Source: a virus. From it: a stretch of DNA of 64,000 nt. The stretch lies in IMG/VR virus record IMGVR_UViG_3300037137_001341, positions 1 to 64,000 of that record, one strand, 5' to 3'. Shown here piece by piece: positions 55,210 through 63,697 of the stretch. Numbering within the stretch: the first letter of the stretch is position 1; every line of letters begins with the position of its first letter. Under the pieces are notes generated by a model. The model did not search any database. It saw nothing but the letters and a program-made list of their open reading frames with translations, and was not told the origin of the DNA. The position numbers were made by a program, and so were the translations under genes.

Positions 55210-55864
55210 CGGAGAACCCCGTGGCCTTCGTGTGCAGCCAGCCGATGAAGCTCCATAGGGACATGCTCGTCTGGTCGAGGCCGGGAGCATGCAGCGCACT
55301 CCACCGGATCAGCTTCTTCTTGACCGGCTCCGGCATGAGTCGCTTGGCCTCGACGCGCTTCATCGCATCGACGAAGGCGTCGCTGAACACAGGTCCGGTC
55401 GGGTCAGCCATGTCGTCCTCTGTCTCCGGCGATGTGCTTCGCCAGTTCCGCCACCGCATCGATCAGGTAGTTCAACGCTTCCTCTGGGCCATCACCGTCG
55501 ATGTCCATGCAGGACCTAGCGCGGTTGAGCGACTTGAAGATATCCACCATGTCCTCCGGCGGGATCCAGTCGCGGCTGTCGGGTTGCTTGTCGCGGCTCA
55601 CTTGAGCATCGTTCCCTTCGCAATGGTCGCCGAGCGGCGCTGGTACTGCGTCGTCTCCTCGAAGCGTCGCAGTATCGCGAATTGGATGCCGTGCTGCGCG
55701 ATCTGCGTTGGGGTGATTACTCGCGCCCGAACAAGCGCGGCCCCGATCGCATCCAGCTGCTGACGGTAGCTGTCGGCTAGAGCGCGCCAGTTGTATTGGG
55801 TCTCACCGTTCGGCCCCCTGGTGATCTTCTGTGCCTTCTTCTTCTTTTTCTTCTTCGTGGCCAT
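55202..55864 (-). CDS. Three small coupled hypothetical genes (55202-55411, 55404-55601, 55598-55864)
   Basis: Overlapping start-stops; the last has a poly-Lys N-terminus. Confidence 0.55.
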
Positions 55865-57231
55865 CACCCGAACCCTCCTGCCTCGACCAGCTTCTTGTAC
55901 GCATCCGGGAACCGCGTCGCGATCCGCGCCGCCATCATGTTCCCCACGGGCCCGAGCCCGTACTTGGCGTAGAAGTCCGCAGGATGCACGCGCCGCTTCG
56001 GCGGCTGCGCCCTGCGGAGCGCGGCCCGTATCAAGAGCAGCGGGCTCTCCGCCCAGAGCGCGTCCTTCTCCCAGCCGTAGCCTGGATGCACAGGCTCGAA
56101 GGACACGTTTGGCGTGTCGGTCTGGCAGATCGAAACGTCGTCCGCTCCGGCGAACCCCGCCGGGCCGCTCCAGCCCGTGTAGACCATACGGTTGCCGGCG
56201 CAGCGAGCATCGAACGCCGGGAGATCCCAGCCCTCGGCATGTGAGCACGAGACGTAGATGTTGTTGTCCCGATGCAGATGCGCGATCTTCTCCTCCGGGA
56301 GCTTCTTCGAGAGCACACGTACGCGCTTGCTGAAGTTCCCCGGCGTCCAGCCCTTCGCCCGCACCGCCCCCTTGGCAAGCAGCTGCCTGATCGACTCCTC
56401 CACCGTGGGGTAGCCCTCCCACTCGCCCCACTCGTACGTCTTGATGAACAGCGAGGCTCGCTCCTGCGGGGAGAACTCCAGGAGGAACGCCGTCAGAAGT
56501 CGGTGGTAGTTCTTCCGCGGCTCCCACTTGCCGATGGCGTAGAAGCGCCTGCCCTCCGGCACCGTCTCGGGCCCGCGAGGGGCCGACACGCGGCAGGCGA
56601 GGTTCGTGTCCGGGTCGTAGGGCGCCGGGATCGCGTAGACCTTCCTGACGCCGGCCCGACGGAATATGTCCACGGCCCACTCGCCGTGCACCCACACCTC
56701 GGCGCACCGGTTCAGCACGTTCGCGATCTCGGGGGACACCGTCGTGCGCTCCCACGGCGTGTAGACGATGGTGGACTCGTAGACCTTGATCTCGTCGGCG
56801 AAGCCGGACCAGCGGGCGCCGGCCGGCACGATCACCTGCTCCAAGTAGCTCGCGTTGTGGACGACCAGCTGCCGGATCGCGATGGGCACCGCTCCGAGGG
56901 ATGTGTCCCGGAGGTAGCCGACAGTGGCCCGGATCTGCGGGTCTACGTCGTCCTCCATCATGTACTTCGGGCGCTGCAGCCGTCGTAGCGTCACCGGGAG
57001 CCCCGTACGCGCGAGCGCCTTCACCTGGGCACGAGCGTGTCGCGCGAGCCCATCCTCCAGGATGTCCCACCCGGCCTGGTACTCGATGCCGCAGGGCAGA
57101 AGCGCGTCGCTGCCGGGCGCTACGACGTGGCGCTCAAGCTCCGCGTCGGTGGGAGCCTGCCCCGTTCCGTCGCCGTCGAGCACGCCCGTCGGAGCGCGGA
57201 AGCCGGCCAGCTGCTCAATCAGTTCCGGCAT
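55864..57231 (-). CDS. GT-B (GT4-like) glycosyltransferase
   Basis: WE..T, IGKWEPRKN, YVSCSHAEGWDLPAFDA. Confidence 0.85.
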   Translation of the reverse strand: MPELIEQLAGFRAPTGVLDGDGTGQAPTDAELERHVVAPGSDALLPCGIEYQAGWDILEDGLARHARAQVKALARTGLPVTLRRLQRPKYMMEDDVDPQIRATVGYLRDTSLGAVPIAIRQLVVHNASYLEQVIVPAGARWSGFADEIKVYESTIVYTPWERTTVSPEIANVLNRCAEVWVHGEWAVDIFRRAGVRKVYAIPAPYDPDTNLACRVSAPRGPETVPEGRRFYAIGKWEPRKNYHRLLTAFLLEFSPQERASLFIKTYEWGEWEGYPTVEESIRQLLAKGAVRAKGWTPGNFSKRVRVLSKKLPEEKIAHLHRDNNIYVSCSHAEGWDLPAFDARCAGNRMVYTGWSGPAGFAGADDVSICQTDTPNVSFEPVHPGYGWEKDALWAESPLLLIRAALRRAQPPKRRVHPADFYAKYGLGPVGNMMAARIATRFPDAYKKLVEAGGFG

Positions 57232-57749
57232 CAGTTCGCACCCTCGGGCTTCTTCTCCAGAAGAGCCGTTACCTCATCACGCAGCATCCTCAAGTCCTCC
57301 TCCGACAGCCCGATACCGACGATCAAGCCACCGGCCACCTTCACAGCAGTCGGGGCACCCACGAGGAGCGCAGGTCGCCCCTTCAGAATCCCCAGCGTCC
57401 ACGTTCCCTTGCCACGCTTGAGCGCGGCAGATGCGCGCTTAAGGAGTTCCTCGTCGTCCATGTGCGATCAGTTCAGGTTCGGGTCGCGCGCCGGCTTCTT
57501 CTTCTTGAAGCGCTGGTCCTTCGCTTCCTCGGCTATCGCCTGAGCGAATATCTCGCGCAGCATCGCTTTGGCCTTGGGGTCTTTCAGGCGCTTCCCTATC
57601 GCCGCCAGCGACGCGAACACGTGCTCCAGCGAGATCGTGACCGTGACCGTCCCCTGGGCCATCTTGCTTTTCACCCACGGAGCACGCTTGCCGATGCGGT
57701 GCGCCGTGCGCTTGCTCTTCTTCGAGACCTTCTTCCATGTTGCCATCAC
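57231..57749 (-). CDS. Two small hypothetical genes (57231-57461, 57468-57749)
   Basis: Coupled ORFs. Confidence 0.55.
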
Positions 57750-58042
57750 TCCTCCTCGATCACACCGAGCACGTCGTCCTCGGACATGAAGATTGAGTCC
57801 TCCGCGCCGCGGTTCTCGATCTCCGAGCCAGAGTACTTGCCGAAGATCACGCGGTCGCCCACCTTCAGCTTCGTCTCGATGAAGTGCCCCTGGTCCGAGA
57901 GCCGCCCGCGGCCCGCGGCGGTCACCGTGCCCTTCGTGAGCTTCTGCTTGGCGTTCTCGGGGATGATGATGCCCCCTTTGGTCACGTCCGTTGCCGGATC
58001 ACGACGGACCACGATGCGGTTGCCGATGGGTCGAATCTTCAT
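57746..58042 (-). CDS. groES: Co-chaperonin GroES
   Basis: MKIRPIGNRIVV, TKGGIIIP, LKVGDRVIFGKYSGSEI, MSEDDVLGVI. Confidence 0.95.
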   Translation of the reverse strand: MKIRPIGNRIVVRRDPATDVTKGGIIIPENAKQKLTKGTVTAAGRGRLSDQGHFIETKLKVGDRVIFGKYSGSEIENRGAEDSIFMSEDDVLGVIEEE

Positions 58043-58242
58043 AGCGAACCTCCCTTCCTTGATGTCTGCCCTTGCAAGCTCTGCTGCCACATGTCCGACA
58101 CCCCGGTGAGCCACGACGTGGCGTCACTCTCCGTCTGGTTGTACAGCGGCGCGTAGCCGATGATCTCCCGCACCGCGTCCACCGTCTCCCGCACCGCCCG
58201 CGTCTCTTCTCGGGACCGCTTCCTGTACCGGTTGTGCCCCAT
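58039..58242 (-). CDS. Small hypothetical protein
   Basis: Coupled ORF. Confidence 0.45.
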   Translation of the reverse strand: MGHNRYRKRSREETRAVRETVDAVREIIGYAPLYNQTESDATSWLTGVSDMWQQSLQGQTSRKGGSL

Positions 58243-58247
58243 CTCGC

Positions 58248-58844
58248 TCAGGCTTCCTCGACCTTCGAGTCCGCGATCCTGACGGCCCACGTGCAGCCGA
58301 AGTTGCTGCACCGGATGAGATCGTCCACGAAGATCGTGCCGCATATCCGCACGTAGAACGGCACCCCGTACGGGTCGACCAGCTGCACCATCTTCCCCTC
58401 CTGCTTCGTGTCCAGGAAAAACTTCCGGTGGCTCTTCCTGACCATCACCTGCGAAGACCCGTGCGGCTCACCACGCTCCAGGCACTTCGGGCACACGAGC
58501 GTGAAAAGCTCGTCTCCGTCCGGCGTCAGCACGATCTCGCCCACGCACTCCTGCCGGATGCTCTTGTCCCGGTTCAGGTAGTAGAAGACCACGCGCGGCG
58601 AGCCCGTGTCGTGCATCCGCATCGACGTGAGCTTCGCGTGCACGAACCCGTCCTTGGTCATCCCGGCGCCGTGGGCCGCAGCCGCCTGCTGCCTATCCTG
58701 GTGCGCCCTGCCAACCTCGGACATGTGCGCCTGCTTGGCGCGCTGCTTGTCGTAGGCGCCGCTGGTCGTCCCGCCTTTGACGATGATCTGCAGCGGGCTG
58801 GCGCCGATGGACGAGGCGCCACCCTTCTCATCAGGGTCGGACAT
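58248..58844 (-). CDS. Zn-binding hypothetical protein
   Basis: CPKC...CSNFGC. Confidence 0.65.
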   Translation of the reverse strand: MSDPDEKGGASSIGASPLQIIVKGGTTSGAYDKQRAKQAHMSEVGRAHQDRQQAAAAHGAGMTKDGFVHAKLTSMRMHDTGSPRVVFYYLNRDKSIRQECVGEIVLTPDGDELFTLVCPKCLERGEPHGSSQVMVRKSHRKFFLDTKQEGKMVQLVDPYGVPFYVRICGTIFVDDLIRCSNFGCTWAVRIADSKVEEA

Positions 58845-58846
58845 GT

Positions 58847-58872
58847 GGCTAGCATTGCTAGCTTAGCTAGCC
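58847..58872. promoter_or_regulatory. 26-bp operator-like element, copy 2
   Basis: GGCTAGCATTGCTAGCTTAGCTAGCC, 2 nt upstream of ATG 58844. Confidence 0.65.
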
Positions 58873-58879
58873 GAACATG

Positions 58880-59188
58880 TCAACGGCGTGCAGCGGCCAT
58901 CAGGGCAGAAAGTCCGAAGATAGCCACCGAGCCGAGGACCAGGGGCTTCCACCCGACGTCCTTGACAGCGTCCCGGACCATGAACCCGAAGAGCCCGAGC
59001 CCGCCGAGGAGGGCGAACGTGCCAGCCTCCTGGTTCTTCGGCAAGGCGTCCGTCTTGAAGAGGTCCCCATCACGGATCGCGCGGCCCGCCTCGTAGGCGA
59101 TGAGCCCCCCACCGACGATGCCGGCGAACGCGAGGACAGCCGTCTGGGTCTGTACCGTCGTCTCCGGGAGAAGCTCGTAGTCGCTCAT
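58880..59188 (-). CDS. 3-TM membrane protein
   Basis: Three hydrophobic helices, ends in RR. Confidence 0.65.
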   Translation of the reverse strand: MSDYELLPETTVQTQTAVLAFAGIVGGGLIAYEAGRAIRDGDLFKTDALPKNQEAGTFALLGGLGLFGFMVRDAVKDVGWKPLVLGSVAIFGLSALMAAARR

Positions 59189-61383
59189 GGGGAGCAGCGC
59201 ACTTCGGCCCACTGGATCTCTCCCACGCACCTGAGCGCGGGGGCTCCGCCTGGGAGCACGACACTGAACGTGATCTCGTGGGCCGCCGTCGCTACCGCCG
59301 TCATCGTGACTCCGAGCGCCCCAGGATCTAGCCCACCGGACGCTACGGATGCGTCCACCACGGCGCCTCCCTCGTCATGTGCCAGGACGTCGAACCAGAT
59401 CGACTGCCGTTGCGTGGATGGCGCCGCACTCTCCGCGACGATCAGCATGACGCGGAAGGTGTACGCGAAGTGGTCCCGCGTCAGGAACGGCTTCACCGTG
59501 AAGTTGGTGAGGATCCCGACTACGCTCGGGCCGGCGGGAGTGAGCCGTCCCATAACCACGGTGCCCGACTGACAGCCGCCGTCCGCGCCGAAGCGCGGAC
59601 CGCCACCGAGTACATGCCCGGACTCTTGCATCGAGTAGCCGTCCTCTCCGCCCGCATGGGAAGCGAACGCGGTCGACGTGCTGTTCTGGCCCTGCGCGTG
59701 GGAGTCGTTACCGCTTGCCGTGCACGAGATACCCTCGGCGTGCGAGTTACTGCCGCTTGCCAGTGCGCTCGCGCCCTCGGCGTGGCTCGCGATGCCCTGC
59801 GCAACGCTGTGGAATCCCTCGGCATGTGACGTAGGACCGGACGCGACGCTCGTGTCTCCTTCGGCATGAGAGTTCAGACCACTGGCGATCGTTGTGATGC
59901 CTTCCGCGTGGGCATTATCCCCACTTGCAAGAGCGCTGTTCCCTTCGGCGTGCGAACGATCCCCCTGAGCGTTGCATGCGTCGCCTTCGGCGTGAGAAGC
60001 GAAACCGCTAGCAGATCCGCTGCTGCCCTCTACGTGCGAGTTCACGCCAAGGCTCTGTCCGGCCGATCCCTCGGCATGTGAGTTCGCTCCCTGCGCCAGT
60101 GTTCCTACACCCTCGGAGTGAGAGTTCCCTCCCGTCGCCTGCGTCGCGTTGCCCTCGGCGTGAGACACCTGACCGAGCGCTTGCGTCGAGCTTCCTTCGG
60201 AGTGCGAGAAGTCTCCTACGGCATGCGTCGAGAGCCCTTCGGCATGTGCCGAGTCACCGTTCGCCAGAGTCGCACTGCCCTCGGCGTGGGATGATGGCCC
60301 GTTCGCATGCGCCTGGAGGCCCTCGGAGTGAGACTGCAGGCCGTTGGCCTGCGTCTGCCTTCCTTCGGCATGAGCGAAGTTCGCCGTCGCCTGCGACTGG
60401 ACGCCTTCAGCGTGCGATGCCTCACCGCTCGCGACCGTCGAGTGCCCCTCAGAATGTGACGAGAGCCCGGATGCCAGTGATGCCGTTCCCTCGGCATGTG
60501 ACGCGACCCCAGATGCTGTCGTGAAGTTCGGGCCTTCGCCCTGCCCCTCGGCGTGGCTGTTCGTCCCGGTCGCTCTCGTAAGGTGGTTCTCCGCGTGAGA
60601 TCGGGTGCCGCTCGCGAGGGTCTGCTCGCCCTCCGCGTGAGAGTGGTCCCCGCTCGCCGTACAGGACGCTCCCTCGGCGTGTGACACGTCTCCGCTGGCC
60701 GTGCTGTCGGCCCCCTCGGCGTGCGAGTGCCTGCCGGTGGCATCACAGGACACGCCCTCGGCGTGCGAGTTCTCGCCGCTGGCGATCGATAGTTGCCCTT
60801 CGGCATGTGACCGCAGACCGCTCGCCTGGGTCTGAGTTCCCTCGCAGTGGGACGCCTCGCCGCTCGCCGTCGAGTTGAGGCCCGTGGCGAAACTCGCGTG
60901 CCCGCTGGCCGTCGTCCCGTCGTTCTCGGCACATGCGTACAGACCGGTAATCGTGACGTTGTTCTTGACGCAGCCCTCCACGATCGGGCCGGCTATAAGC
61001 GTCCCGAAGATCACCAGCCCCATCACTCGTTGGCCCTTCGCCGCTCCGGCGATCTGGACATCGAGGATTGGGTCCGTGATTGTGAGCGCCTCGATCTGCT
61101 TCTGCAGATCCTCGGCAGTCGCTGCGAGCAGGATCCGCAGGTTGTCGATGTTCGCCCCGCCGACCATATTGGACCGGTCAGCGCCCTCGACCTCCAGGAA
61201 GAACATGTGCCCGTCGCCCGCGCCCGTGAGCGTGATGGATGCGACGGTCGAGTTCGGGAGAGCCTCAAACAGAGGAACTATTTTTGCGAGTATCTGCGCC
61301 CCCATGTCTTCCGCTGTTGCAGACTGAATTACCGCGCTTATCGCATTGGCGGTACCACCGAGGATTGTTCCGTATCTCGACAT
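59185..61383 (-). CDS. Fibre/adhesin with YadA-head-like 14-aa repeats and N-terminal GDGH-family domain
   Basis: About 30 (ASGxxSHAEGxxT)-type repeats; GAGDGHMF...AGAAKGQRVMG. Confidence 0.85.
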   Translation of the reverse strand: MSRYGTILGGTANAISAVIQSATAEDMGAQILAKIVPLFEALPNSTVASITLTGAGDGHMFFLEVEGADRSNMVGGANIDNLRILLAATAEDLQKQIEALTITDPILDVQIAGAAKGQRVMGLVIFGTLIAGPIVEGCVKNNVTITGLYACAENDGTTASGHASFATGLNSTASGEASHCEGTQTQASGLRSHAEGQLSIASGENSHAEGVSCDATGRHSHAEGADSTASGDVSHAEGASCTASGDHSHAEGEQTLASGTRSHAENHLTRATGTNSHAEGQGEGPNFTTASGVASHAEGTASLASGLSSHSEGHSTVASGEASHAEGVQSQATANFAHAEGRQTQANGLQSHSEGLQAHANGPSSHAEGSATLANGDSAHAEGLSTHAVGDFSHSEGSSTQALGQVSHAEGNATQATGGNSHSEGVGTLAQGANSHAEGSAGQSLGVNSHVEGSSGSASGFASHAEGDACNAQGDRSHAEGNSALASGDNAHAEGITTIASGLNSHAEGDTSVASGPTSHAEGFHSVAQGIASHAEGASALASGSNSHAEGISCTASGNDSHAQGQNSTSTAFASHAGGEDGYSMQESGHVLGGGPRFGADGGCQSGTVVMGRLTPAGPSVVGILTNFTVKPFLTRDHFAYTFRVMLIVAESAAPSTQRQSIWFDVLAHDEGGAVVDASVASGGLDPGALGVTMTAVATAAHEITFSVVLPGGAPALRCVGEIQWAEVRCSP

Positions 61384-61395
61384 GTTCGTTCTCCT

Positions 61396-61671
61396 TCAGT
61401 CCGCAAATAGCTTCGTTCGCTTCTGGATCTGCTTCACGGCGATGCCCGCGATGAGCGAGACCACCACAGCCGTCGTGACCGAGATGAACAGTGGGCGACG
61501 GTACCAGACAACCTTGCCGTCGCGACACCCGTCACATGACGGATGATCGTCTGGGCCTACGCAGACGACGCAATCGCCGTCCTTCAGATACGTGCACTCG
61601 GGGCACGTGACCAGGGCCATGCGCGTTTGCACCTGGCCGGTCGCAGTCGGGTAACCCACGTAGCCGATCAT
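61396..61671 (-). CDS. Cys-rich membrane-anchored protein
   Basis: CPEC, CVVC, CDGC + C-terminal TM. Confidence 0.6.
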   Translation of the reverse strand: MIGYVGYPTATGQVQTRMALVTCPECTYLKDGDCVVCVGPDDHPSCDGCRDGKVVWYRRPLFISVTTAVVVSLIAGIAVKQIQKRTKLFAD

Positions 61672-61674
61672 GGG

Positions 61675-61998
61675 TCAGTCCTCGTCGTCGTCGTCCTCGT
61701 GACGCTCGCACCACTCGATGAAGCCGGCGATGGCGTCGAGGATGGTCTCGTAGCCGTCGTCGATCCGCAGGTGCTTCCTGAACTCTTCGCCTGACTTCAG
61801 GTCGACCTCTCGGATCTCGTAGCCACACGTCCTCGACTCGTCGTTCGCTCCAGCGCCCTTCTCCCAGAAGAACGTGACGGCGACGTCCTCGCGACCGAGA
61901 CAATCCTCGGCGCGCTCCGTCATGGCCTCCAGAAGCTCCGTGCCGACCTCGGCGTCTTCGAGGTAGTCCTCTTGGGGCAGGTGGTTGTTCGCGCGCAT
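61675..61998 (-). CDS. Acidic hypothetical protein
   Basis: 107-aa ORF. Confidence 0.55.
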   Translation of the reverse strand: MRANNHLPQEDYLEDAEVGTELLEAMTERAEDCLGREDVAVTFFWEKGAGANDESRTCGYEIREVDLKSGEEFRKHLRIDDGYETILDAIAGFIEWCERHEDDDDED

Positions 61999-62004
61999 GG
62001 ACGC

Positions 62005-62661
62005 CTACCGGCCTCTCGCTCGCGATTCGTGCTGCGCCTTCAGCTTCAGCCTGTACCGCTCTCCGGCTGCGAGCCTACTCTGATGCTTCTCGTAGGCACT
62101 CGTGTAGTCCGACGGTGAACGGGGGCGGTGCTTGTGCTGATGCGACTCCCACGCCATGTACTCGGCCGGTGAGCGGTGCATGTTCTCCTCGTACCCCTCC
62201 CCAGGCACGTAGTACTCGTACTCGGCGATGCCGCGCTTCCCGAGCCTTCGCTCTCCCTTGCGCGACTTGCGCCTCCCTCGCCGTTGCCGATGCCAGTCGT
62301 CGCCTGGCTTCCGCGGCGCTTCCCTGCCACGCTGGTGCCGCTTGTTCGGCGTGAGCTTCTTCTGCCCCCACCAGGCGTACCCGAACAGGAGCCCGAGCCC
62401 GATGCCGAGCGCAACACCGCCAGCGACCACGCCCCACGACGTCTCCTTGTACGTCGCCTCCGGGTCGGCCCCGAGCGCTGCCCAGTGCGGCAGGAAGTCA
62501 TCCTCCCCCGGGATGCTCTGCCCGAGCCCGCCGATGCCAACGCGCATGGGGCCCGCACGCAGCGGGTTGATGCCCCAGCCCGGCACCGGCGCGTTCTGCC
62601 AGCCAGGCGTCGCGACGGCAAGCTCGTGGTAGTCGGCGTCAGGCACGTTCCAGTACGACAT
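62005..62661 (-). CDS. Single-TM protein with basic C-terminal tail
   Basis: AAGGAG SD; GIGGLG, TM, Arg/Lys-rich tail. Confidence 0.65.
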   Translation of the reverse strand: MSYWNVPDADYHELAVATPGWQNAPVPGWGINPLRAGPMRVGIGGLGQSIPGEDDFLPHWAALGADPEATYKETSWGVVAGGVALGIGLGLLFGYAWWGQKKLTPNKRHQRGREAPRKPGDDWHRQRRGRRKSRKGERRLGKRGIAEYEYYVPGEGYEENMHRSPAEYMAWESHQHKHRPRSPSDYTSAYEKHQSRLAAGERYRLKLKAQHESRARGR

Positions 62662-62832
62662 CGTCTTCTCCTTCGTCCGACGCCATCGCGGGCACCGGGA
62701 TCGTGTCCCGTTCGTTGTCGACGACCACGCCCCACTCCCAGGGGGAGGAGGCAAAGTCTTCCTGCGGCTCCTGGTTCTCCTGGTCGGGGTCCGGCGGCAT
62801 GTGCCCCAGTCTACATGCCCCCTGGGCGCGAG

Positions 62833-63069
62833 TCACCTGCGGCCCCGCATCCACCAGGCTCCCAGGCCCACGGCCATGACCACCGCGGCGGAGATGACCA
62901 CGGCGCCCCGCATGACGGCCATGTTGATGGCCGGCTGGGCCTGGTCCGAGGCGTCGTTGACCAGGGCCTCCATGGGCAGCGTGATCTCCGTGTCCTTCCC
63001 CCAGGGGAGGGGCAGGTCCACGAGGTACGTGATCGTCTTGCCGGGGCCGGCACCCATCGCTCGGTACAT
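62833..63069 (-). CDS. Membrane-anchored protein, paralog of 63311-63697
   Basis: GAGPG.T.TY.VD.P.PWGKDTEI; C-terminal TM ending in WW. Confidence 0.7.
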   Translation of the reverse strand: MYRAMGAGPGKTITYLVDLPLPWGKDTEITLPMEALVNDASDQAQPAINMAVMRGAVVISAAVVMAVGLGAWWMRGRR

Positions 63070-63072
63070 GAG

Positions 63073-63306
63073 TCATTCCTCCGGTGGCGCGCCCGGAGGC
63101 ACCCACCACGCTTCGACATCACAGTCGACGTCGCGCCATCGCTGCTTGGTCACGCAGCCTCTGAGGAAGGCGTCCGTCTTCATGTGGGAGTCGAAGTACC
63201 CCTCCGCCTCCTCGCGCGTGTCACCCGCGAACACGTGTCTCACGATCGGATAGTCGTGCCCGCCGCCAGGCTCGTAGATGTCGACGACGAGACGCCACGC
63301 ATGCAC
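63073..63306 (-). CDS. Hypothetical protein
   Basis: 77-aa ORF between the two paralogs. Confidence 0.55.
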   Translation of the reverse strand: MHAWRLVVDIYEPGGGHDYPIVRHVFAGDTREEAEGYFDSHMKTDAFLRGCVTKQRWRDVDCDVEAWWVPPGAPPEE

Positions 63307-63310
63307 CGCG

Positions 63311-63697
63311 CTACACGCCCTTCTTGATCCACCAGGCAGCGAGGCCGACCGAGAGGACCACCATGCCGGCGATGCCGAGCGCGGCCTTGATCGCGTCGTC
63401 CTTGACCATGTCGACCTTGGCGAACGTGATCTCCATCTGCTTCGCGATCTCGGGACGGATCACCTCGTCCATCACCTTCTTCACGAGCTTCGGCCCGTAG
63501 AGGTTCGCCTCGTCCTCCATGTCGTTGATGAGCTTCGTCTCCAGCGCGTTGATGTCCGGCGTGAGCGAAGCCCACGTGTCGGCGACCATCGCGTCGACCG
63601 GCACGACGATCTCCGTGTCCTTGCCCCACGGAAACGGCGCGTCGACCTTGTAGGTCTTCGTGGGACCGGGGCCTGCGCCGACGCCGTGGTAGCTCAC
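63311..63697 (-). CDS. Membrane-anchored protein, paralog of 62833-63069
   Basis: Same N-terminal motif and C-terminal TM. Confidence 0.7.
   Translation of the reverse strand: MSYHGVGAGPGPTKTYKVDAPFPWGKDTEIVVPVDAMVADTWASLTPDINALETKLINDMEDEANLYGPKLVKKVMDEVIRPEIAKQMEITFAKVDMVKDDAIKAALGIAGMVVLSVGLAAWWIKKGV

Noticed and set aside
59600-60930. 42-bp periodic repeats as a CRISPR array or DGR
   Set aside because: These are coding repeats of the fibre; I saw no reverse transcriptase or adenine-specific TR/VR pair.
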